Below, in pieces: positions 36,101 to 50,400 of a stretch of 64,000 nucleotides of DNA. The notes under the pieces were generated by a model, which had not been told where the DNA came from, ran no database searches, and was given only the letters and a program-made list of their open reading frames with translations. This DNA comes from Bugula neritina (lineage: Eukaryota > Animalia > Bryozoa), in the NCBI GenBank assembly GCA_964035545.1, contig OZ037767.1, positions 3,674,707 through 3,738,706 on the forward strand. Direction: 5' to 3'. Position numbers and translations under genes: made by a program. How positions within the stretch are numbered: the first letter of the stretch is position 1; each line of letters begins with the position of its first letter.

Positions 36101-38679
36101 AACGTCAAACACTCGTGTACAACTGCATAGACTGGACTTTAAAAATTCTCTATTGTAATTGATAAATGTGTCGCTTAGCACCCTACAAACAACTCTCCAA
36201 ATTATTTACTCTTACAATTACATCACTTCCAGTAAAGACTTTTAATAGCCTTGGTAAATCAAGTGAACATTTTTAGTGCATATGGTATAATATTATATAT
36301 AACAATATATTACTTACAATAACTAGATTGATAGTATGTATAGGTACTACATAGCCATCTACTTGCATATTAGAATTTAAAGATAGTTTATCAGCAAGAA
36401 GTAGTAGTTGATAGTGGTGAGACAATTCTTGTTATTTATTTATGTTGACCTTGGCATTAAACATTCCACAGCACATTAGTTAAGCTGACCTTTGCAGTAA
36501 CTTCAGTGGCTACATTAAAACCACAGTAGCGCTTGCAATATTTGCAGTAGTTATTTTAGTGTTTTTAGTAGGTATTTCAAACGCTATAGTAGCTGAATCA
36601 GCATTTATACTAACTTAATCCACCCTGAATATTAACCTAGGAGCACATGTAGCGCTACCTCTTACTACTTTAAGTTTTTATATTATTATATCACAGCAGC
36701 AAGTATACTGGGTCATTTTACTTATTTTAGTACACACTCGAAATCTTCTGTTTTTGGCTATTTTTCACAATTTAGCTGGCAATGAGCATGGTCTTTTGGT
36801 CAAAACTAGTAAAACACCAATAAATACACCTAAATAATCAAAGTTCTTTTTAATTTTGCTTCATTTCCCATGTTTTTTTCTAATTATTCAGCTAGTTTTG
36901 GTTACGGACCATTACACATAGAGAATATTAAGTGCATATGACAATGACCTGTGCTTTAATGTTGGGGAATCCCTTCCCAGCCTTTTCTGTTATGCGTAGT
37001 TAAAACCAGCTCATAAAAATACCATGTATAGTAAATTTCAATGGATTTTGAACAAACTATAATGTTAGGTCATAATTTGCTGGTGTGTACTAAATGAAGT
37101 AAACTGACACTACTATAGACTTTTTCAAACCAAATTACAAACTGTATCTTTAATTGTGTTCAACTAATTCCCCATTTAGGTGTGAGCAAAGACTTGGTTG
37201 CACTAATAATTACTGTGACAGCTTGCTGCGAGATATTTGCTAAAATAGGAAACGGGTGGCTGGCTGACAGAAGGTGCATCTCTGTCTGCTCTCAGGTGGC
37301 AATTTATATGGGAATGAATGGATTGGCAGCCATCTTCTGTGGCATGTTACCTAGTGTTGCAGGTAGATGCATCTTGTTATAGTGACTGGTGTTATAGCAG
37401 GTAGATACACCTTGTTATAGAAACTAGTATTGGATTTAAATACATGTTGTCATAGCATCTATTATCATTTTGATATTGGTGATGGGTTTTATAATGCTAA
37501 AATGCACTGCATAATTGTCCAATCATATTAGAGCATTCCAATTTAAACAATGGCTGGGAGAAATTAGGTACATATAGCAAAACTGTACAACTTGTCAAGT
37601 TAAATGATGGAAATTTTGTTAATGTACAGTCACACTGCAAATAGCATACTTGTCTTATTATATAAATATATTATAATTCCCTACTCGTAGAGCCTACTAG
37701 GCTCATCAATGAATTTGCTCACTTAATCTCTCCGTGAGTTTATTGCCTTCAAACTAAAGCACTGTTTATTTATAAACAATATTTGTATTTATATAAAGTT
37801 TACAATATAATGCAAAAGAATAGATATTACTGAATTATTTAGCGTGCAGGATTCCAAATCAAGACATTGCAATGTATGCATGTAGGCATAGTGGTGATGT
37901 TGGTAACTCAATCTTCGGTTGGAACAACAGTGTACTCCCTTCAACCTCTGGCAGTGGAAGAACTGGTCGGAAGTAAAAATCTTCAGAAAGCTTTGACGAA
38001 AACCTTTGTTTTTCAAGGAATTTCTGCCATTATAACCTCATTTGGTGTTGGTAGGTCTGGTCTGTTAATGACTTTCCTATATTTAACAATTTTTTTAATT
38101 CATGCACATGTAATATAATGTACTTACGTGTAAGCTTTTTTGTACATAAACTGAAATCAGTGTGTTTTGACTGCCAAAATCTTTGCCTATTTTTTGTTTA
38201 CTAAATTTCAAATGCTATGGTCTAAATTCACGGACACTACGTACCATGCAGTAGTGTTTATGTTCATGAGGGTTTGAATTATTTTGTATATCTATGTACA
38301 TCACCTATGCACATAGATGTACATATATTATGTACGTATAGATGTATCTTAAAGCTGTTCCACTCTTATTGAATCATTCCATTAGCTTATAGACAGCAAC
38401 AAAATATAATTGACTGTTTACATAAAATACCCAAACTTGTACTTTATAATGTCATACCAAGTTAAACTAAGTTCTAGCTGACAATATAATATTTTCTATA
38501 GTTGTGTTGGTTTCCTGAACAAGATTTTATGTTATGCTTCAGGTGGTGTTGTCGAGCTCACGGGTAGATGGAGTTATGTTTTCTTTTTTATTGGAGGATT
38601 CCTATTAACAGGAAGTCTACTAATGTCTGCTGCTGCTTTGATAGTACACAGGCAGCAAAGGAACTCAGGAAAAACTTGA
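33178..38679 (+). CDS. SLC16 / monocarboxylate transporter family MFS permease, paralogue 2 (9 coding exons)
   Basis: Exons 33178-33247, 33606-33752, 34164-34307, 34567-34749, 34985-35118, 35737-36037, 37180-37362, 37886-38050, 38543-38679. Motifs PVDRGWAWVI, YFDKRKALSLGLTMSGSGVG, ALLRP, NGWLAD; exon lengths 147/144/183/183/165 match paralogue 1. Confidence 0.93.
36710..37110. mobile_element. MITE family A copy 2
   Basis: GGGTCATTTTACTTATTTTAGTACACAC ... GTGTGTACTAAATGAAGTAAACTGACAC; the first ~200 bp match the left arm of 12013-12432. Confidence 0.85.
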
Positions 38680-39104
38680 ACTATTTGATTAATTTTTTTC
38701 TTTTTCTAGGCAAACTATCAGCACAGTACTGAGTGTGCTATTTTTGTAACTATAAGCTTCATTGTTTCTTTCATTAAAATACTCAATTTAAAATTTCTAA
38801 AATTTTGAAAAAGTAAAACGCAAACTTCTAAATTTTAATTTTTAAAGTTCATCAACAGTTTATGTTTCAATAGTAGAGTATTATTTAGGTAAAAAACATT
38901 CAGATGTATAAATCTTGACTTCATTTTGTCTAATAAAAATTAAAAATTATGTCTTTCATTATAACACTTTTTGTTATAAACTAGAGAGCATAATATAATA
39001 AATATATTTTATAATAATAGGTACCTAAAAATGCTGTTAGGCTATATTGCATAGTAGTGTTTAGCTTCAACTTTAGTGAAATATGAATCTATGCCTATAT
39101 ATGC

Positions 39105-39253
39105 ATTATATGTGCTTATAGACATATGTGCTTATAGTCATATATGCTTACACATGTGCTCGTAGACATATGTGCTTATAGACATATGTGCTTATAGTCA
39201 TATATGCTTACACATGTGCTTATAGTCATATGTGCTCATAGACATATGTGCTT
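39105..39253. repeat. ~16-bp minisatellite (CATATGTGCTTATAGW)n
   Basis: Read directly; lies between the convergent 3' ends of transporters 2 and 3. Confidence 0.9.
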
Positions 39254-39508
39254 TAAAATAAATCTGTATCAAATTTTACATTTACATTGAATGAACTCTA
39301 ATTGGTATCACAGCATGGATAAGTATTATTTTTATTAGGCAGAAGTTATACTACAAGTTTATTGAATATTAGCACTAATTGCACCACTTCACTGACTAAA
39401 ATAGCTTTTTTACAACATGCCTATATGACAAGCATCTCTAATAGTATATTGTATTCTATGACGTCACAAAAACTGACGTGAGTTTACACAGTTCTTCTAA
39501 CCATAGAA

Positions 39509-42500
39509 CTACATCGTCTCTTCTCGTCTCTTCTTACGTATAAGTATCACAGTGATTAGAATCATAATAGTGAATTCGGCCAGGAAACAGCTGCTTATGA
39601 AGTAAAACACCGACTCCCAGTTCTTGGTTGACTCGTATATTGCTCCTGTATGTGTAGCAACAAGAATGTATTAGCAGGCTGCAGAAGTTGTGTTCTCTTC
39701 ATAGCAGAACAAAACGAAAATATCTTTACTAATAAATGCAATACAGAAAAATAATATGCGTATATTTGAAACTTATAGCAAGTATTTTAGTGTAGAAAAG
39801 CAATACTATTGTATAGTAAAAAAATAAAGTAAATTTTTGTATTTGTTTAATTACAAGAAACTCGTGCATTTTTCCTATTATTACTGCCTGTTTTTGAATA
39901 AGTATGCTGTGTTAGTTCGTGTTAAATAAATGTAAGGAAAGCCAAGAGAAATTTATTAAACAAGCAGTTCACAGTTACATATGAAGGTGGGCCATTAAAA
40001 TTCCACCCGTTAAATTTGCAACCTTTAAAAATTATATAAAAGCTAATGAAAATAACAAAGATGATTGACTCATACCTACTACAACCGTGCAGAAAATTCC
40101 AGAAAAACCTTCATAGACAAAGTTTAGAGATAAAGCTGAGTTTAAGTTTTCTTTCCCCATCAAATCCTCCAACAAACCCGGCAGAATAGCAAAAGTTGCG
40201 GTTCCAGCAACACTAGTGCATATAGCCATCATTGCAATACCTAATAATTTCCAAATTATTACAATTATATATAATATATATTTTTACAATACAAAAGCTA
40301 TTTGTGATCACTTATTTAAACATGTGCACGATATGCCATAGCTTCTTCATTATGCAGGCAGTACAAGCTTTGTATCACCACACTAACAGCATCGCAGTAA
40401 AATATTTTTTATATTGACTGTATTGTCCTAATGACGGCTAAAGTAGTTAAGTAGCACAACATTACGGTACGGCTAAACATTACCTGCTATGCCAGGTAGT
40501 AAGGTACACATCAGGGCAGATATCATCATAACCATTGACGAAACAGCCATCATTCCAGAAACTGGAATAAACCTTTTATCAGTGAGCCAACCTATGAAAA
40601 CCCTACTGGGTATATCCAGACCTCCACCAATCGAGAACAAGAGTGCAACTAACTCTTTGCTAACACCTAGATGATACAAGAAGATCAAGTTTTTAGGGCT
40701 AATATGGTCCGCCCTTAGAGATCGCCAGTAACACCAATGTTTATACAAAGTATTATCTGAAGTTTACTAAGCTTATACCAGTTAGAGTGCACTGTGTTTT
40801 GGGATAGGGTGTGTGTGAAAGACCCCTTAACCCACGTCCCATTATATTAAATTAAGAAAATGTTTATTTCAACTTCGCCTAATGTTTTGAGTCTGCACAA
40901 TTTTTAAACATGATATGATTTTCATGCATGTCAGAAAACAATGCCTTTTAATAGTTGTCCTGAAGCTTGCTTTGGTGTAACACGCTTTATACAGGCTTCA
41001 AGAGCAAAAAAACGTTATAAGTTTGAAATCTTCAACCTTTTGGTGTCATGTAGCATTCAGAAATTTCATATTGCATGCAGTTTAATATCTATTTTACATA
41101 ATATAATACACAATATATAATATAATAATAATAGAAAAACATAATAAATTTTACTCTAACCTTTACTGTGTGCCAATGGTGGCAGACACTGGAACGTAGC
41201 AACTAGTCCAGATGATTTACAGAGGAAGCTCATACCAGCTGCCAACGAATATGGAGAGTACACAAGCCTCCAGTTAAATAATGCAGGCTTTGGTCCCTCT
41301 TTGCTTCTGTCAGGTAGTGCTGCCTCACCAGTAGTGAGGAAGGATGGATCTTGTTGGTTGTTATTGGAAATAACTTCACCCATCTTTGAAGGTTGTATTG
41401 GTAATGAATGTGTCTCATTCTCTTTCAAAGAGAGGAAGCTTGTGCTTTGTTTAGCAGAAACTAAATTTCTCTAAAATATTCTAATAAAATTATTGTGAAT
41501 GTAAACAACATTTCATAGTTAGACACATATGTACATAGTGCACGTACCAAATTGTCACCTATAATATGTGATAAAACGTTGTTCTCAAAAGTTTGAAACA
41601 TCTTTAGATGAAGTTGACAAACAAATACACATAAAATATAATATCTGTCTGCTCACATCTGCATTGATATCTGCAAGACTTTGGGTTGAAATGGCCGTGA
41701 GTAAATCAGTTTCTTGAAGTTGTGCAGCGGCATTACTGTCACCAGTATAGTAAGATATTGGCCTCAGCAATGCAGCTAAAACGAGCGTCTGCATTGAAAT
41801 TCCAGCTAGAAGAAAAGGAAAGAGAAAATGCTTTTGATTTCTATCTAGCTTTTTATTTTGAATTAATGAATTAAGTTCTCAACTTACTGCAGAAAAACAG
41901 ATTTTAACTGATTCTGACTCACCAAACATCACAAAAGCACCAGAAAATGAGTAGTTGTCAAACAGTACTCTCAGAATTGGAGCTATGATAAGTAAGCCCA
42001 GGCCTCCGCCAGATGTAGAGATTCCAGTGGCTAAGGATTTTCTTTTGGTAAAATATGGGGCAGATGAAGTGTATACGCAGAAAGTGATCATCCCGCAAGC
42101 AGCACCTAGAAAAACAATTACTGGCCATAAAGTGGTTACTAGACACAGTTCTCAAAATTATTTCTAAATTAAGCTTTTGTTTGTATGTGCTAAAAATCTT
42201 TCAAACTATTTCAAGTTCAAGTTCAACTTTTTGCAAAAGACTTATTCTACATTTTCACCTGCAGCTCTAAATAAAATGCCATTTTAACAGGCAACTTTCT
42301 TAATATAATAGATTAAAGCTTAATCAGTCAAACTGTGGTTAATTATTTCAAAAATTAAATTTTAAACTTATTTGATGAATTTTATTTGCAGGAGCTAAAA
42401 AACTTTCAAGCCATTCAAACTACAAGTTCTATTTTTTGTATAAAATTTACATTTTTATATGGCTCTAAGAAAATTAAACTTTATTTGTCAAATCTGTGGT

Positions 42501-44093
42501 TAGTCATTTTAAAAATTTAATTTTAAACTTAGTTTGTCACCTTTCACCGCCGTGCTCCTATAGCTGCGCCGGTGATGAGTAATTTTAAATTTAGTTGATG
42601 GATTTTAATTTAGCAGACTAGCTTTTGATATGTTCAGTAAAATTTATAAAACATACTGTCTATTTACTATTAGAATAGTATCATTTTAATGAATTTTGTA
42701 TTCCAGTGACATTTATGCTTACCCACACCAACTCCAAACACCGGAAACATATATTCATATCTGGGGAGGTATCCAAAGACAAATAAGCTAGTTGTCATCA
42801 GCAACACACCAGATATTGCGAGTGTTCTGTGGGTGGTCTTAGCTATCATCATTCCAAATACTGGTCCTGCAGCAGAACATTATATAGGTACTATTAAAAC
42901 GACATTAAATAGCATAAATAATAAAAATACATTCTTTTTATGTAATTTGAAGATGTTTAATTTAAAATTATGACTGTTTTGCTTATCAAAAGCCAGTTTT
43001 TTATAAAGTATGTTCTTCACCTAACTGCCTAGGTTTTAGCCCTACTTAAATGTTTCAGAAATTTTTGAAAAAATAATTTAATAGGAGCTATAGTAGAAGT
43101 TTTATGCAAATAGTTTTCCAATGTCTTTTTTATAAGGAAACAACTCCAAAATACATTATGATTCACAATTGAGTTGATACAAGACTTACAAAGCTAAGCA
43201 GTTATAAATCTACATATTAAAGTATTATTGCAATGGCAGACCTAAAGCTTTGCTGGTAAGTTTGCTGATACTGAATATCCACAGAAAAGCTGAGACTGGC
43301 ACATGGGGGAATAACTCTATCAACTCTACTAATATTATTCCTCTGGATTTCTGCACTCCAGAGACTATTGCAAACAGGAAACTGTTGGCTGAAATATAAT
43401 AAGCATGTCAAAAATATAGTAAAAAAATATTGTTTGCACAAAGACAAAACAAATTCAGTAGTAATAATTCCAACAGCACATTTGAGTCGTTTATATGAAC
43501 TTCATTGAAACTAAAATCTGACCAAACATTTCAAATGTGTAACTATGGATTATCCAAAATAGTTAAAATTACATCAGCTAATATGCTACATCAGTAGATG
43601 TTTAGTCACAAGACCATGCATAAAAGTATTGTTTCTGTCTTGGCCAGAAGATAGTTACAACTAAGATTTAGTAGTTAGTAGTTATTACTTAGTAGTTATA
43701 ATAGTCAAGAATTAGTAGTTAGTAGTTTGTAGTTAGTAAATAATAGTTAATAGTTAGTAATTAGTAGTTAGTAGCTAATAGTTTGTAGTCAGGAACTGAT
43801 AGTCAGGCAACAAGTTTTTCTAGTTTTAGTGAAATTAACTTATTTGATGCACATGAGAGACACAACTTATTCAATCTTTCTCTGCACACCAAATAATATA
43901 AGGAAAAAGAGTATAACTCCAAAGTTGTGATCTAGTTTAATGTGTAATTATTTTAGTGTACTATTTCAATGTGCTATTTTAGTGTATTATTTCAATGTGC
44001 TATTTTAGTTATAAATTGATCACACTTACATATAGCTATAACCCATCCGTATGGTATATCGCCTTGTAGCTGTTGGTCACTATAACGTCCCAT
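39509..44093 (-). CDS. SLC16 / monocarboxylate transporter family MFS permease, paralogue 3 (9 coding exons)
   Basis: Exons 44093-44030, 43388-43242, 42866-42723, 42105-41923, 41805-41657, 41470-41161, 40666-40484, 40240-40076, 39645-39509. Motifs DIPYGWVIAI, YFTKRKSLATGISTSGGG, ALLRP, DIPSRVFIGWLTD, GAIYESTKNW; same exon lengths as the paralogues. Confidence 0.92.
43665..43795. repeat. Degenerate (AGTTAGT)n repeat
   Basis: Read directly. Confidence 0.75.
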
Positions 44094-45464
44094 TGCTGTT
44101 CCCTTACGTATAAGATAATCCTAAGAAATTATAGACTGCCTAGTCTAGAGTAACTAAACAATTTGACACTTCTATCTGAATGAGCTGCAAGAGTATATCA
44201 GTACATACAAATGCTAATAATACTAAACTGCATGCAGTGGAAGCCACCCGCTAGCCTAAAAGCAGTTGTGTAATCAACCGTTTTGTTTCTAGCACAATGT
44301 TTATTAAATCTGTTCACAGGTCACATCTCTGCCAGTTTATTAATTGACATCGGCATGGCAGGACTGGCAGGTGCTGCCTGGATCAATCAGAGACCGGGGA
44401 AGTTTGCAAGAAGTATTTGAAGAGCAGTGAGATGCTAAAGTCATCCTTTCAATGGAGTAGTTATTTTTGATACCTAGTTGAACTATTGACCTCATGAACT
44501 TTTAGCTGACAGACTGCACAATCCATGTTCCACCTTTACACCTCTTACATCATCAGATGACTTGCAATTTACTGCATTTATGTACCATGAAATGCGTACA
44601 TGACATATATATAAGAAAGCAAAGGTGTGTTTCGCATTCATGCATGCATATTTTACATAATGCAATTTCTAAGCAAACTTAAATGTATGTTTACATTATT
44701 TGACAAACACTGGAAGTTTGCCAATCCTATGAGCTTTAATTTTCTATTTAAACAGTCAGTGAGTAATGGCAAAATTTCATCAAAATTTATTGCAAAATTC
44801 AACAACTATATAAGGAGATTAGAGTCGCAAGTATTTTTAATAAGAAAAACCTATAAGTGAAAAAATTAGGTTTTTAATTAGGGCTGCAAAAAACCACAAA
44901 ACTCAACATCATGTAAGCTTCACAAATTTTCAAAACTCTGAAAATAATGAAATACAATTTTTAGATGGCTTGTTGGTTGATACGCTAATTGCTGATCAAT
45001 AGTAAACTACAGACTTTAACTTCTAACTATAGTTGACCACCATTAAACAACTCTTGCAAATGATAATATTTACATCAAGAATGTAACTGTTTACACTTGA
45101 ATTTTACATTTTGAAATATTGCTATTGAATTTTGTGTTGTATACCAGTACAATTGAGAAAAGTGCTTTCAATGCTATTAGAGAAATGCCAAGTAGCTTAA
45201 GCTTTAGGCTTGTTGATCAAAAGAAAAAAGTTTAGCTTTTAGCTTCTGAGCTATATTTGGAATATGACCGTCATTTAAACACGTTATATTCAAACTGAAG
45301 TTCAGCAGCGTTTAGGCAAGTTGACAAAAAGTGAAGTAGTTATTTTTCCTTCAAGTTAGAAATATTTATTCAAATATTGGGCTACTAGTTATTGTTTTCC
45401 ATACTTACTCATAACTGTTTACTAGGCATATTAACTTAGTTACTGTATAGTTCCGATTGTTGCA

Positions 45465-47427
45465 ATGGATAAGTTGGTGTATTTCAACTTGAGAGCTAGG
45501 GCAGAACCCATCCGTATGTTGTATGCTTTGGCTGGTAAACCATTAAATGACGTTAGAGTTCACACACCTGTAGAGTGGTTGGAGATCAAAGAGCGTAAGC
45601 ATAGCACTTTTTTATATAGTCTGTCAAAGTCCTTAGTACTTTTCCTAGAAATCAGTGTTTCGATTCATCTATTTAAATGGTATTGAATCATTTTAATTTA
45701 TGTTGCAATCTGTAACTAAATCAAAATAGCCTAATATAATTTTGTTAAATTATTTTAATTTATTTTAAAGGTTAAACTGAAAAATGTTTTAAAAGTGTAT
45801 AAGAGTATAGTTTGCAGCTCAAAGTTTTAGTGAAAAGACAACTCCCTGTTACATTACTGTCTAAATAGCCTATTGAATGAGCATTGGGAGTTAACTCACC
45901 AAAAAAAAAATTATTTAAGCTAGAAAGCTAGAAAATGAGCAAATTTTGAAAACACACTTAACTGAGAAAGAAAGCCATTGGGTCATTTTTTGACAAATTA
46001 AGCTTTTTAATTTGAATGCCACAACAGTAGCTACAAAGTAAATGCAATTTGACCTGTATTAATTTCAAGCTAACTACTGTGGTGAATTATCAAAGAATTT
46101 ATATTTAATATAGACTGTAAAATATATAGTGTAACTATTTTTTCAAATTAAAATCCTTAGATAAGCTGATGACCTATATTTTGCAGTACACTATAAGCTT
46201 TAGTGGTAAACATTTCTGTCACATGACCTCATAGCTTTCAAACATAATTTTGTTTTATTTTACAGATCAGCCGCTAAAACAACTCCCAGTTCTTACATGT
46301 TCAGATGGAACTTTGGTGAAGTCTAATTCTATAGCCAGATACACTGCAAAGAAGTTTGGTATGAACTTACTGTTTATAGTGTAGTATCAATACAGTCTGT
46401 TACATTTATAGACAAATGATACAAACTGGAGGTTGCAGTGTTGAGTCTTGATCTTAAACTTATTGCTAATACTCATGATTAAATTTTTAAGAACACAATT
46501 ATATTTTATCAACAATTAATTTTGTTAAAACTTTTGAAATCTCTAGAGATCTGAGATGAGAAAGACATAGATTTTATTAATAGACCTAGCTAGAGACATA
46601 AACCTTTTTCTAATTTCAGATCTGATGGGGGACAACCTTTGGGAAGAAGCTATGAATGATGCAATAGTTGAGACTTGCGTCGATTCCTTTGGAGACTTTG
46701 GGGCGAAGATCCTGAGATGGAAGGTTCTGGAGTTTGAGAATGAGCCAGACGATTCTAGATTACTGGTAAGGAATGTCTACAAAAGCATTGAGCATGCAAT
46801 GGATTTCATACAAGAAGAGGCAGAGAGGAGAGATGCAAAGTTTCTCACATGTGACAGGGTAATACATTTTCTATTTAGACAGTGTTTTCTCTTGAATAAG
46901 CATTTCATAACGCCTTGAAACAACCTTAAAGGCCTATCCTGTGTATACGCTAAAATGTGTAAACTTACACTTACATCAGTTCTCTGAAAGTTACAACCAT
47001 TTTACCAACCATCAAATCCCATATTCTAGAAGATATATATACAATATATATGTTATATTATATATATACTATCTATATTACATATGATTATATTTATTTT
47101 ATAAGGCAGTCATCATAATATATTTTGTCTTACAGTTATACTAATACTTGTTCCATTCTTGTAAAGCAACTACAGTAGATTTCCATATTAATACGTTTGA
47201 TTATATAATATTTAGTTCAAGTTACTAGGAATAAAACACTGCAGTTGATTACGTGGTTTTAGATATGCCTGGCAGATGTGTGGTTACTCTGCTCCTTACA
47301 CCAAGCACAGCTGGTATATACAGATATTTTAAAGCAAAATGATTGGATGAATGAGTTTGTATCTAAAGTTGAATATGACAAGAGAATTAAGGAGTATCTC
47401 AACACTAGAGTTTCAACCCCTATTTAA
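45465..47427 (+). CDS. Cytosolic glutathione S-transferase, sigma-like, paralogue 1
   Basis: Exons 45465-45594, 46266-46358, 46620-46858, 47263-47427. YFNLRARAEPIR, QLPVL, SIARY.AKKF, LMGDNLWEEA, ICLAD (N-cap), IKEYLNTR. Confidence 0.93.
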
Positions 47428-50400
47428 TCTCTATACGTTCACACTGACTACTGTCATATTCACGTTTGTTGCAATGTTGAAATAGTTATGTACTCAGGAC
47501 TCTGTTAAAATACTCTAAGCTATAGGCCTACTTATCTGCATGTATCCTTTGACCATATCACTAAAAAGTTTCAATTGTTGTATTTTCAATTATCACCAAT
47601 AAAATTTATATGGTCCATGCAGTGAAGTACTAATAGTTTTTTTTATTGTAAATTTATAGTTTTTACAGATCACAAAATTTATGTGCAGCAGTGCTGATAA
47701 TAAATTTGAAAATCCTTCATTCCTGGACAAGAATTTATAATAATAACATAAAAGGACGAAAATAAAGCTGCAAGTTGTAAAAGCTTAACTAATATGATAT
47801 TTATCATGAAACCACGTTTCTCTTAGTAGATTGTTATATAAGCTTTCTTTTTTATTATAAACTAAACAAGATGTTGGAGTTATACATATATACATAAATA
47901 GTATACTTTACAAGTCCCCATGTGCAAGGGATTATAGTTTCAACTACATATTAAATTGCAGAACAAATTACCTACTGTAGTGCAGTGCGCATTACAGGTG
48001 GAAATAATGAGATAGTATCCTTTAATACCTGGCTTCACAGAAAGCAATGGAAGCTGGTAGCTGATAATATAAGCTGATTTTATTTTTCTAGCCACAACCG
48101 GGAGTTGTGCTATCAATGAATTTGATGGAAAGGTCAGTAAGTAGTTCCATGTGACTAACTGGGACATTTATTTATCATCTACTTGTATAAAGTTTGGGCA
48201 CTGCTCTTGCATAGCCTAATTCCTATTGGTTGACTCAATTGTTGAGGTGCTCAGTCTCCACCCGGTAAAAAGCAAGATCTCTATGTTTCTACTATATACC
48301 CATAATGCTGCTCATGTTTAAATATCGCTACCGAACTATCATATATTAGTAATATGAGGTGGAACTTCATTAGCCAATTAAATTACATGTTTTCTAGGAT
48401 TATATTATATAAAATCATATTTATATACCCACCATAATATAACGATATGACTAAATTCATATTTAGATATAATCAACGGCAAGGAGGTTTATCTAGCCAA
48501 TGAGCAGCTGGTATTATATTTTTTCCCCTTCTCCATTAATTTGGCTAGAACACAAATTACACATAACTAGCGATGCCGTGTTTCCGCTGCTGCCACATGT
48601 TTTACGTCCGCTGACATCTGAGAGAGCAGACTTCTCACGCCTAAAGGTTCAGAAACTATTGCTATGCTACGACTTTGTGTATTAGTTCCTTAATAACTTA
48701 AGTTCTATAGATACAACGATATTAGAAACTATGGGGGGCATTTCTACTGCCCCTCATACTGCACATATCCTTTACGTACCTACACTACCAAGAGATAAGC
48801 TTGTGGGTCAATGCATCATCACTGCACATACACTTTACAGGTAGTAATCTGTGTTGATAAGAAGGGTTTGTAATCAGACGGCACCTCTTGAAACAACTCA
48901 CCATTGAGAGTAATATAACTTTCTGTACTTGGTATGTATGTATGTATGTATATATTATTATTACAGTATTTAGCAACAAATTGATAATTTCCTGTAGATT
49001 GTAAAACATTATGTTATTAGTTTTTTATATTGTAACTATTATATTATTATTATATTATTATACCTACATTCCTCTTGCATTTATCAAGTTACAGCAGAGC
49101 TGTAAACAAAACTACTACCTGATTTAATTTTCATTGAGATTACAAAGTTTTACCTTCCAAATCTTTTCCCTTTACTGCCTACCTTACATACTATCAGGTG
49201 TTGTAGTACTCACAACTTACTTCAAAGAATTATCATGTTTCAACACCATGCAGACTGTTACTCTTTGCATACACTTACGTGCAATAATAAAAAAAGTTTA
49301 AAAGTTCCCTCATGAATATAGGTTTAGTCCATGAGTTGAACTACTTCTGAGAACAAACTCCTTCTGCTACATTCTCCTTTGAGAGCCTCGATCTTTTAAT
49401 TCCTCCATTACTGCACCCATGCAGCTCCTGCAGCTCTACTCAAGTTATAGTATCACCACTTTCTCATTTCGTATTGTTATCTACTCACTTCTGTCCAAAC
49501 CATAGGTTTTTAGAGTCAATAGTGTTTTTCCATTTCTTACCTAGGTCTCATAGTTATATATTTCTTCACTGTGATTCTTAATTCTTAAACAGAAGCTTTT
49601 CTTATGAATTTAGACAGTGTTTAAGCTATAGTGCGCATTTCTTGGACTGCAGTTCTAGTCATTTAAACTAGTGATGGGCAAAATAACATATTGACATCAG
49701 TTTTCAGTTTTAAAATTATTTATTTTTAGCACGTATTAGTTATATTCTTGCTTGGTGGTAGGTATTTTGAGCATTACAACATTACAAGCTCTGCTTATAC
49801 ACTTTTCGTTGAAAATTATTGATAAGAAAGTTAAATAAAACTGCATGTACAATATTTTCAAGCTCAGCACCAGGTTAGATCTAATTAAATAATCACCAGT
49901 TGATGTTAGGCCAACAGAAAATGTATAAAGATCATTTTAGCTTAGTATTATAGTTATTATATAATACAAGATTGAAATCTAGTGCTTTTTATATTGGATC
50001 GTAGAAAGTTCTAAAACTCCACCATTTTTCAAAAAATGTATTGGCTTCTGAAAACTGCAAAGTTTTATTTCCATATATCAGTCATTTTAGGCACCTGATT
50101 TCTTAGTCAGTATGTGCACTTGGCTTTTCAAAGAGTCTTCATTGCTGTCAGACAGCTATGCTACATATAATGGCATAACCAGTTCATAATTTGACACCAT
50201 ATTGCTGGTTAAAGTGCAAAGTTGCTGTGGTTGATAACAAAGTGCATTGTCAATAAGCTTTCAGAAATTATTTACAGTTTAACAGCAATTAAATGGAAAG
50301 TTTGTGTAAAAAGAGAAGCTGTTATTGCAGTAAAACATTTTGTAGAGGTAAAATGTAACGTTGCAGCCGATAAAAGTAAATTTTTGATTCAAGGTCAAAA

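Noticed and set aside
44038-44095. Plus-strand PIRMVY peptide and 14-nt identity (AACCCATCCGTATG) to GST1 exon 1, suggesting a fifth GST relic
   Set aside because: It is the antisense of the YGWV codons in transporter 3 exon 1, is preceded by a stop, and the similarity does not extend; best explained as chance.
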